From NCBI GenBank assembly GCA_963771175.1, contig CAVYSY010000033.1, positions 522,293 to 586,292 on the forward strand: a stretch of DNA of 64,000 nucleotides, given 5' to 3'. The notes under the pieces were generated by a model. That model did not search any database, had not been told where the DNA came from, and was given only the letters and a program-made list of their open reading frames with translations. How positions within the stretch are numbered: the stretch's first letter is position 1; every line of letters begins with the position of its first letter. The translations under genes were made by a program, and so were the position numbers. Source of the stretch: an uncultured delta proteobacterium. Its GTDB lineage: Bacteria; Myxococcota; Myxococcia; Myxococcales; Myxococcaceae. Below are positions 10,246 to 21,472 of the stretch, in pieces.

Positions 10246-10425
10246 GGCCGGACGTCCAGCTGCTTCTGTCCATGCGCGCAATGCAAGAAAACTCATGTTC
10301 TCGAACTGCGAGAAGACAAATGATTTGGCCAGGCGGTCACCGAGCCTGGAGCCGGCTCCGCCTTGCGCCAGCCGGCCGCGGAGGCCGAGTGAAAAAAACA
10401 CGGCCGGCGGGGGCATCAGTGCTAC

Positions 10426-12144
10426 GTGCGTGACACTGCAATCCCTCGCCAACCCCCTCCGGAGAGCGCTCCGGCCGACGTCAGGTCTCAAGACATGGTG
10501 ATTCATCGCCTCGCGGAAACCCCCGAGCTGAACAACGCGCTGCTCGTCGGCTCCGCCGTGCTGTTCTCGCTGCTCTCCATCTGGTTCGTGCTCGGCACCT
10601 CCAGCTTTCTGCTCCACCAGGGCATCCGGGCGAGCGGTATCAGGTCCCTGGCCTCCGTGGGTGAGGGCCTCTCCAAGCGGGGACGGCTGCTGGCCGCCCT
10701 GCTCTCCATCCCCGTCGTCCTCGCCGGTATTGGATTGCTCGGTTACGCGCTCTGGAGGGGAGCCGATCTGCAGCCCTGGTTCGAGCTGGCGCTGCTGGAG
10801 CTCACCCCCGACGTGCTCAAGGCCCTGGGGCGCGGCGTGGCCCTGGTGGTGCTGATGCTCATCAGCTTCTACACGCTGCAGCGCAGCGGCCGGCGCCTGA
10901 TGGGCCGGGCCGAGCAGAAGTTGCGCGAGCGCCAGCTCCCCGAGGCGCAGCGCATCCACGTGGAGAAGCTGCTGGAGTGTCTGCCCTCGGTCCTCAACCT
11001 CGCGCTGGCCAACTCGGTGGTGCTCCTGGCGCTCCCGGCCCTGGCGCTCCCGGCTGCCGTCGAGTGGCTGATCACCACCACCCTGTACATCCTGCTGCTC
11101 GTCACCGGCGGGCGGGCGCTCGTGTTCCTGCTCTACTTCATGTCCGAGCGACTGGTGGCCTCCTGGGAGGACAAGAGCAAGGGCACGCGGCTCGAGGAGT
11201 ACTACGTGGCCCTGCGCCGGCTGCTGCCGGTGGGCCAGAAGAGCCTCGAGGCCATCTCCTATATCTCCGTGGCGACCCTGATCGTCCGCCAGTTCCAGAC
11301 ACTGGAGCCCGTGGCGCCCTACGGCCCCATCCTGATCCGCATCGTCTCGATGTTCCTGGCCGCCAGCGTGTTCGTCGAGCTCAGCCGCGTCATGCTCTTC
11401 CGGCTGCTGTCGTCCAGCACCGCCACCACCGCCGACGATGTGCAGCGCCGGCGCCAGACGTTCGTCAGCCTGTTGCAGAGCATCATCAAGTACGTCATCT
11501 ACTTCTGCGTCTGCATGATGGTCCTCAGCGATCTCGGCGTGGATCCGACGCCCATCCTGGCGGGCGCCGGCATCGTGGGCCTGACGGTGGGCCTGGGGGC
11601 CCAGGCCATCGTGCAGGATCTGCTCAACGGCATCTTCCTGCTGTTCGAGGATCAGATCCTGAATGGAGACTACATCCGCATCGGCGACACCGAGGGAGTG
11701 GTGGAGGAGATCACTCCCCGGGTCACGCGCATCCGGGATCGCTACGGGCGCCTGCACATCATGCGCAATGGTGAAATCAAGAACGTCATCAATTACAGCC
11801 GGGGGTGGACGCTGGCCGTGGTGGAGATGAGCGTTGCGTATGAATCGAACCTCAAGCTGGCACTCCAGGTCATCAACGAGTCCAGCTCCCGGCTTCCCGG
11901 GCTGCTCCCGGGCAAGGTCATCGAGACGCCCATGGTCATGGGGATCGAGACCATCGACGACAGCTGCCTCCGGATTCGCATCGAGACGAAGGTCTCTCCC
12001 GGGTGCCATTACGAGGTGAAGCGGGTGCTGCACATGTTGCTGGTGGAGAGCTTCAACGCCAACAACCTGGAGATCCCCTACCCCAAGTCCGTCCAGTTCT
12101 CGGATCCGGCGCCGCTCGACCCGCCCCAGGACAAGGCTGCCTGA
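10426..12144 (+). CDS. MscS-family mechanosensitive ion channel with extended N-terminal membrane region
   Basis: ILAGAGIVGLTVGLGAQ, GDYIRIG, GVVEEI, NLEIPYP; start uncertain (10426 GTG or 10495 ATG). Confidence 0.88.
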   Translation: MRDTAIPRQPPPESAPADVRSQDMVIHRLAETPELNNALLVGSAVLFSLLSIWFVLGTSSFLLHQGIRASGIRSLASVGEGLSKRGRLLAALLSIPVVLAGIGLLGYALWRGADLQPWFELALLELTPDVLKALGRGVALVVLMLISFYTLQRSGRRLMGRAEQKLRERQLPEAQRIHVEKLLECLPSVLNLALANSVVLLALPALALPAAVEWLITTTLYILLLVTGGRALVFLLYFMSERLVASWEDKSKGTRLEEYYVALRRLLPVGQKSLEAISYISVATLIVRQFQTLEPVAPYGPILIRIVSMFLAASVFVELSRVMLFRLLSSSTATTADDVQRRRQTFVSLLQSIIKYVIYFCVCMMVLSDLGVDPTPILAGAGIVGLTVGLGAQAIVQDLLNGIFLLFEDQILNGDYIRIGDTEGVVEEITPRVTRIRDRYGRLHIMRNGEIKNVINYSRGWTLAVVEMSVAYESNLKLALQVINESSSRLPGLLPGKVIETPMVMGIETIDDSCLRIRIETKVSPGCHYEVKRVLHMLLVESFNANNLEIPYPKSVQFSDPAPLDPPQDKAA

Positions 12145-12210
12145 GCGCTCCTCGCCTGCTCGTCTCTCACCGGCGGGCAGGCGCGGACTTCAACGCCGCG
12201 CGAAGTCTGA

Positions 12211-14634
<2,424 letters not shown>

Positions 14635-14640
14635 TAGGTC

Positions 14641-16050
14641 ATGGCGAATTTCGGGAAGCTGGTTGAGGAAGCCAAGAAGCAGCAGATGAGCCTCGGGACG
14701 GACGCGGCGCGCCAGCTGGCGACGACGACCAAGTCGGCCCCGCAGATGCAGGGAATCTCCTCCCGGTGGCTGCTCAAGCTGCTGCCGTGGGTGCAGGTCA
14801 CCGGCGGCGTGTACCGCGTCAACCGCCGCTTGAGCTATGCCGTCGGCGACGGCCGGGTGACCTTCACCAGCACCGGCGCGAAGGTGCAGGTCATTCCGCA
14901 GGAGCTCAGCGAGCTGCCGCTGCTGCGCGGCTTCGACGACGCCGAGGTGCTGGCCGCCCTGGCCAACCGCTTCGAGCAGAAGGAGTTCAAGGCCGGTGAC
15001 GTGCATCACCGAGGCCGGCAAGGAGGCCGATTCGATCTGCCTCATCGCTCACGGCAAGGTGAACAAGATCGGCACCGGCAAGTACGGCGAGCAGACCGTG
15101 CTCGAGGTGCTGGCCGATGGCGACCACTACAGCTACGAGGTGCTGCTGGAGTCGCAGGACTACTGGCAGTTCACGGTCAAGGCCGTCACCTCGTGCACGG
15201 TGCTGATCCTCCAGCAGTCCGCGTTCGAGGCGGTGGTCGCCCAGGCCCCGTCGCTGCAGAAGCACATCGAGGACTTCAAGGCGCTCGCCAAGAAGAAGCA
15301 GGACAAGTCGGGCCAGGCCGACATCGAGCTGGCCGCGGGACATCATGGACGAGCCCGTGCTGCCGGGCACCTTCGTGGATTACGAGACCTCGCCCCGCGA
15401 GTACGAGCTGAGCGTGGCCCAGACCGTGCTCCAGATCCACACGCCGCGTCGCCGACCTGTTCAACGACCCGATGAACCAGACCCAGCAGCAGCTGCGTCT
15501 GACCGTCGAGGCGCTGAAGGAGCGCAAGGAGCACGAGCTGATCAACAACCGCGAGTTCGGCCTGCTGCACAACGCCGATCTCAAGCAGCGCATCCACACC
15601 CGCAGCGGGCCGCCGACGCCCGACGACATGGACGAGCTGCTGGCCACCGTGTGGAAGGATCCGTCCTTCTTCCTGGCCCACCCGCGCGCCATCGCCGCGT
15701 TCGGTCAGGAGTGCAACCGCCGCGGCATCTACCCCACCAGCGTCGACGTGAACGGCAACGCGGTCCCCGCCTGGCGCGGCGTCCCCATCTTCCCCTGCAA
15801 CAAGATCCCCATCAGCGACACCCGCACCAGCTCCATCCTCCTGATGCGCGCGGGGGAGGAGAACCAGGGCGTCATCGGCCTGCACCAGGCGGGCATCCCC
15901 GACGAGATCGAGCCCAGCCTGAACGTGCGGTTCATGGGCATCAACGAGAAGGCCGTCATCTCCTACCTCGTCAGCACCTACTTCTCCGCGGCGGTCCTCG
16001 TCCCCGACGCGCTCGGCATCCTCGAGAGCGTCGAGATTGGCCGCGTCTAG
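14641..16050 (+). CDS. Family 2B encapsulin shell protein with inserted cNMP-binding domain (copy 1); three apparent +1 frameshifts (~15003, ~15349, ~15445)
   Basis: [76 protein letters not shown]; corrected length ~468 aa. Confidence 0.9.
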
Positions 16051-16096
16051 GAAGCAGGCGGTCTGAGGCAGTTCGGACACAGCTGAGGCACACCTC

Positions 16097-17508
16097 ATGG
16101 CGAATACGATGAAGACGGGCAGCGGTGGCGGTGAAGTCGAAAAGCAGCAGATGAGCCTGGGGACGGCCGCTGCCCGTCAGCTGGCGACGACGACCAAGTC
16201 GCGGCCGCAGATGCAGGGAATCTCTCCCCGGTGGCTGTTGCGCATGCTGCCCTGGGTCCAGGTGTCCGGGTGGCGTGTACCGCGTCAACCGCCGTCTGAC
16301 CTACTCCGTGGGTGACGGGCGCCTGAGCTTCGCCAACATCGGCGCCAGGGTGGAGGTCATTCCCCAGGAGCTGTGTGAGCTGCCGCTGCTGCGCGGCGTC
16401 GATGACGCCGAGGTGTTGATCCGCCCTGGCGGGCCGGTTCGTCCAGAAGGAGTTCAAGCCGGGCGAGCTGATCGTCGAGGCGGGCCAGCCCGCCGAGCAT
16501 GTGGTCCTGCTCGCCCATGGCAAGGCTCACAAGCTGGGCCGGGGCGCGTATGGCGATCCGGTCATCCTCGAGGTGCTCGCCGACGGCGACCACTTCGGGG
16601 ATCAGGCGGTGGTGGAGTCGAACGACTCGTGGAAGTTCACGGTCAAGGCGCTGACCCCGTGCACGGTGATGATGCTGCCGCAGCGGGTGTTCGAGGAGCT
16701 GCTCAAGCAGTCCGCGGTGCTGTCCGCTCACGTCGAGCAGGTCAAGGAGCGGTTGAGCAAGCCCCAGGACAAGGCGGGACAGGCCGCCATCGAGCTCGCC
16801 GCCGGCCACTCGGGCGAGCCGGAGCTGCCGGGGACCTTCGTCGACTACGAGCTCAAGCCCCGCGAGTACGAGCTGAGCCTGGCCCAGACCCTGCTCAAGG
16901 TGCATACCCGTGTCGCCGATGTGTTCAACGACCCGATGAACCAGGTGGGGGAACAGGTCCGGTTGACCATCGAGGCCCTGCGCGAGCGGCAGGAAGACGA
17001 GATGATCAACAACCGCGACTTCGGGCTGCTGCACAACGCCGACCTCAAGCAGCGCATCCATGCGCGCAGCGGGCCGCCCACGCCCGACGACCTGGACGAT
17101 CTGCTCAGCCGGCGCAAGAAGTCGCGGTTCTTCCTGGCCCACCCGCGCACCATCTCCGCGTTTGGACAGGAGTGCACCCGCCGCGGGCTCTACCCGCCCG
17201 TCGTCGAAGTGGAGGGCAAGAAGTTCATCGGCTGGCGCGGAGTCCCCCTGCTGCCCTGCGACAAGATCCCCATCTCCTCCGACCGCACGACCTCCATCCT
17301 CGTGCTCCGGACCGGGAAGGAAGATCAAGGCGTCATCGGCCTGCGGCAGACGGGCATCCCGGATGAGGTCGAGCCCGGCCTCTCCGTGCGCCACATGGGC
17401 GTCAACGAGAAGGCCATCTCCTCCTACCTCGTCAGCACCTACTATTCCGCGGCCGTCCTCATCCCCGACGCGCTCGGCGTCCTGGAGAACATCCAGCTCG
17501 GGCGCTGA
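16097..17508 (+). CDS. Family 2B encapsulin shell protein with cNMP-binding domain (copy 2); two apparent +1 frameshifts (~16270, ~16421)
   Basis: Paralogue of 14641-16050 with the same motifs; DGDHFGD in the cNMP domain; corrected length ~469 aa. Confidence 0.9.
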
Positions 17509-17581
17509 CCGTCCTCATCAGGGGCGGGCCCCTGCATCCACCTGGGCCCGCTCGCCGAGGACCTCGGCAATCTTGCCCGAG

Positions 17582-18103
17582 TCAGTTGAGGACGGGAGAG
17601 CAGAAGCCCGCCTTGCAGGCCAGCCCGCTGCAGCACGACACGCCGGTGCCACAGGCCTGACTGCTGCCGGCGCAGCTCTGTCCCCCATCCACGGGCCCCG
17701 GGGACCCGGCGTCCGGCTCGGGCTGCGTGCTCCCACCATCGGGAGTCCCCGCATCGGCGGGCGGAGGCGTCCCCTCGTCGGGCTCGCTGGAGCCCTCGCA
17801 CGCCCCCAGGTGGTCGCCGTGGTGCAGGTGGGCCTTCACCGCTGGGGCTCCCACGGTGATGGTGTGCGCGTTGTCCGGATTGCCCGGTGGGATGTGGCAG
17901 AGGGTGACCCCTTCTTCCGCCTCGTCCGCCGCCGCCGGCGCGTCCTTGTCCACTCCCGGCGCGCCCCCCAGTGCCCCTCCCTGGTCCTCCGAGCCGGGGC
18001 CAACCTCCCCCGGTTGGGTGCTCACCCCGCACCCGCACAGGAGCAGCGTGCAGAGCGTCGCGAGCACGGCGGATGAAGTCATCGTCTGGAATCGCATGAG
18101 CAT
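17582..18103 (-). CDS. Putative lipoprotein with CH...HLxHGD..GxC module and C-terminal six-Cys module
   Basis: Hydrophobic signal ending LLCGC; CHIPPGN...AHLHHGDHLGAC; terminal C-x6-C-x5-CC-x4-C-x4-C. Confidence 0.7.
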   Translation of the reverse strand: MLMRFQTMTSSAVLATLCTLLLCGCGVSTQPGEVGPGSEDQGGALGGAPGVDKDAPAAADEAEEGVTLCHIPPGNPDNAHTITVGAPAVKAHLHHGDHLGACEGSSEPDEGTPPPADAGTPDGGSTQPEPDAGSPGPVDGGQSCAGSSQACGTGVSCCSGLACKAGFCSPVLN

Positions 18104-18365
18104 CCTCACTGTGTATGGCCTACGGTCACCCACGGAAAGCGTTGTCAGTCTTATCTCTCCTGGGCCTCACCACAATCCCCAATGCCATTCACATATGTGT
18201 CATGACGGAATTCACGCAAAGTGATTGCACCCCTCCCACCCAAAGCCAGCCACGGCGGAACGCCGTCCTTCCCGAGTTGCAATCCGCCCATCCAAGAGCA
18301 TCCACGGTGGAACGTCCGTGCCTTGACAGGTTCAGACCCAAGCGGATGTGAGCCACCCGGGCAGG

Positions 18366-20759
18366 TCACCCCACCCCGGCGGCCCGCTTCCGGCGCTCCA
18401 GCAATACCGCGAGCCCGAGCAGCCCCAGGGTGCCGAGCGAGATGAGCGCCCCGAGCACCAGGCCGGGAGTGCGGTAGGAGAAGGAGACACGGTGGGTGCC
18501 GGCGGGGACTCGCACTCCGCGCACGACGATGTTGGCCGGCAGAATGGGGGTGGGCTGCCCATCCACGGTCGCGCTCCACCCGTCGTAATACGGGTCGTTG
18601 AGCACCAACGCCGTCGGCGCGCGAGCCTCCACCTCGAGCTCCACGGACTCGGGCGCGTAGTGGACGATGCGCACCTCGCCGGGTGCTCCGGCGGTGGGAA
18701 GCGCCTCGTCCCGCGGCGCGTCCGGGGGACACTCCAGGGCGACGTCCTGGCCGGGACGGAAGGAGCGCGAGAGGACGAGGGTGCGCGCGGCGGACGCGTC
18801 CGGCACGCAGCGGGGCGTGGCCAGGTAGGCGCGAGGGAGCGTGTGGGGGTTGCGGAGCAACACCGCATTGATACGGGGCTCCTCGGCGAGGATGACCTCC
18901 GGGTTGCCGGAGCCGCCGCGCTTGTAGACGTCCGCCTCGAGGGTGAGGTAGCGCACATTGTAGAGGCCGGAGAGGCGGCCCACCCAGGCATCGAGCGTTT
19001 CGAATGAGTTGAGCAGGCCCACCAACCGCCGGGATGCAGCGGGAAGGTAGGGCCCGGCGCCCTCCAGCTTCCAGAGCGCGGGCGTGACGGGCTCGAGCGC
19101 GGCGGCGAAGTTGACGGCCATGATGTCCACGGGATGGAGCCCCTCGGGCACGTAGTGCGGCTCGACCTCCCGCAGTCCCCCGAAGACCCGAGGCCGGACG
19201 GCGCCAGCATCCGCCTCCGCCCGAAGGATGGCCTCCACGGTGCTCGTGGGCTGCTCCAGCACGTCCGTGTACGTCACGTGATACGTGCCCTCGTTGGCCA
19301 GGTAGAGCACGGCGAACTGGAACCCGAGGATCGCCACCGCGCGTGGCACGGGCGAGTGCACCCGGGCCAGCACCACGCCCATCAGGACAAGCGTGACCGC
19401 GCCCACCCCAGCGGCCTGGAGGAAGTTGTCGTGGAGCATGCCCAGGGTGACGGAATCCGCCTTGCCCCAGAGGGTGGCGACCACCCCGTCCGAGAACCAC
19501 CGCAGCCACCACTCGCCCAACCCGAGCAGCCCCCAGAGCAGCGCGAGCGCGAAACCCGCCTGGGCCACGCGCCGCGCCAGGGAGGAGTCCCGCTGAATGG
19601 CCTCCAACCCGGCGCCAGCACCCAGGGCACACGGGAACAGGAAGTAGGGCAGCAACTTCTCCGGGTAGCGGAAGGAGCTCCAGAGCGGGAACCACTTGTA
19701 GAGCCACCCGTACAGCGGAAGCTGGTGCGGCATCGTCAGGGCCACGAGGAAGAGCGAGAGCCCGGTCACCTTCCAGGTGAGTGGGTTGCGCCGGTGGACC
19801 CAGAGGGCGCTGCCCAGGAGCAGCACGGCCGGGAGCCCCAGGTACACCGAGTGGACCCAGAAGCCCCCCATCCCCGACTTGAACAGCTCATCCGCCATCC
19901 TGCCCGAGGCCGCCGTCCCCGACTCCGGGTCGAGGAAGAGCGCCCCGAAGAAGAGCTCGAACAGCCGCAGGGGGTGGAACGAGAAGTAGGTGGCCCCCTT
20001 GATGTCCGGCGCACTGGGGTATGCGTTCTTCAGCGTGGAGAAGAGGGAGAGGATCTGCACCGAGGACAGGAGCGCGCCGAGCACGATGAGCAACCCGGCC
20101 CGTGGCGCCACCCGCAGCATGCTGGAGCGTTCCGGACGCAGCAGCACGAGCACCAGCAACATGCCATTGCACATCGCGAAGCTCTGGGGATCTCCGCTGA
20201 GCAGCACGAGGGACAACAGGAGGGCCGCGGCGGCGGCACGGCCCGCGGAGGGCTGGCGGAGGAAGCGCTCCGCGCCCCAGAGGGCCCAGGGGAACGTGGC
20301 GGCCGCCATGAGGTAGAGCAGGTTGTTGCTGATGCCCACCATGTAACCGCACAGCGCGTAGGCGAGCCCCGCCAGCAGCGCTGCGCCGCGCCCCATGCCC
20401 CACAGCCGGCCAAAGAGGTACACGCCTCCCAGCGCGGCCACGTAGGAGAGCAGCATGACGACCTTGAGCGCCACCCCGAGCGGCAGCAACAGGTAGAACA
20501 GGTTGGCGGGGTGGAAGGCTCCGGAGATGAGCATGCCCGCGTACGGCTGCCCCATCCCGTCGTAGGGGTACCAGTCCGGAAACTGGAGCTGGGACACGCG
20601 CTCGACCCAGTACTGCTTCAGCGGGTAGTAGACCCGGAGGATGTCGCGCGAGGCGAAGATCTTGTCGGAGAAGGTCGCCCGGTGAAAGTAGAGGAGCGGA
20701 AGGGCGAAGGCCGCGACGGCCAGCGCGAGGCGGGTCCTGGCCTGCTGGGAGAGAGACAT
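18366..20759 (-). CDS. YfhO-family polytopic membrane protein (GT-C-like)
   Basis: Many TM helices; DILRVYYP, WYPYDGMGQP, FRYPEK, YYDGWSATVDG, VPAGTHRVSFSY. Confidence 0.85.
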   Translation of the reverse strand: MSLSQQARTRLALAVAAFALPLLYFHRATFSDKIFASRDILRVYYPLKQYWVERVSQLQFPDWYPYDGMGQPYAGMLISGAFHPANLFYLLLPLGVALKVVMLLSYVAALGGVYLFGRLWGMGRGAALLAGLAYALCGYMVGISNNLLYLMAAATFPWALWGAERFLRQPSAGRAAAAALLLSLVLLSGDPQSFAMCNGMLLVLVLLRPERSSMLRVAPRAGLLIVLGALLSSVQILSLFSTLKNAYPSAPDIKGATYFSFHPLRLFELFFGALFLDPESGTAASGRMADELFKSGMGGFWVHSVYLGLPAVLLLGSALWVHRRNPLTWKVTGLSLFLVALTMPHQLPLYGWLYKWFPLWSSFRYPEKLLPYFLFPCALGAGAGLEAIQRDSSLARRVAQAGFALALLWGLLGLGEWWLRWFSDGVVATLWGKADSVTLGMLHDNFLQAAGVGAVTLVLMGVVLARVHSPVPRAVAILGFQFAVLYLANEGTYHVTYTDVLEQPTSTVEAILRAEADAGAVRPRVFGGLREVEPHYVPEGLHPVDIMAVNFAAALEPVTPALWKLEGAGPYLPAASRRLVGLLNSFETLDAWVGRLSGLYNVRYLTLEADVYKRGGSGNPEVILAEEPRINAVLLRNPHTLPRAYLATPRCVPDASAARTLVLSRSFRPGQDVALECPPDAPRDEALPTAGAPGEVRIVHYAPESVELEVEARAPTALVLNDPYYDGWSATVDGQPTPILPANIVVRGVRVPAGTHRVSFSYRTPGLVLGALISLGTLGLLGLAVLLERRKRAAGVG

Positions 20760-20845
20760 GAGCTTCGAGGCGGTCGGGAGAGGCGACCGACCTTGCCAGG
20801 AGCGGATGGCGGCTCGCAACCTGACTCTTTCCGGAGTCTCCTGCC

Positions 20846-21472
20846 TCAGTCCTCCCCGCTCACGGGACGATCCGACCCCGGATGCCCGGCCGCGAGCGTC
20901 TCCTCTTCCCGCTCCTGGGTGAGCCCGGTGGAGCTGGAGAGCTTCGTGTCCCCGTGCGGGTTGTCCGCCCGCGCCACGGATTGAGAGTGCGCCCGCTCGG
21001 GCTGGGCCTCGGATAAGGGGTGCTGGCTGCCCGGCCGGCCCTCGGCCAGGGTGCGGCGGCTCGGGTCGAGGTGGACGTGCTCGAAGGGCGCGTCGGGCTC
21101 ACGCGACGTGAAGAGGACGCTCATCGGCGCGGGCAGCGCCTCGCGGAGCCGGTGCAACGACCCGGGGGTCAGTGCCTCCGCCACGAGCTGGCAGACGACG
21201 CCGGTGTGCTCCACCGCGAGGCCGGGTCGCACCCCCGCCCGGCTCGCGACGCGCGCGTGGAACTCCGCGAGATTGAAGTCCTGGTGGGGCGTCACACCGC
21301 GCAGGCTCGCCGCCAGCGGAGCGGGCAGGTCCTCCGCCACTGCCTGGATGAGGGGCCAGCTCAATCGCTCACCCAGCGTCTCCAGCACCGCGCGAACGGT
21401 GCGCTCCGCCGCCTCCAGGCCAGGGAGCCCGGTGCGATCGGCAACGTGGGACAGGAACTCGTCGTGCGTCAT
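20846..21472 (-). CDS. DUF2267 domain protein
   Basis: MTHDEFLSHVADR..., AVLETLGERL, AEDLP pattern; start overlaps kinase stop (ATGA). Confidence 0.75.
   Translation of the reverse strand: MTHDEFLSHVADRTGLPGLEAAERTVRAVLETLGERLSWPLIQAVAEDLPAPLAASLRGVTPHQDFNLAEFHARVASRAGVRPGLAVEHTGVVCQLVAEALTPGSLHRLREALPAPMSVLFTSREPDAPFEHVHLDPSRRTLAEGRPGSQHPLSEAQPERAHSQSVARADNPHGDTKLSSSTGLTQEREEETLAAGHPGSDRPVSGED

Noticed and set aside
14641..17508. Annotating the two genes as Crp/Fnr transcription factors or a prophage capsid
   Set aside because: No C-terminal HTH and no phage genes nearby; motifs and context fit Family 2B encapsulins
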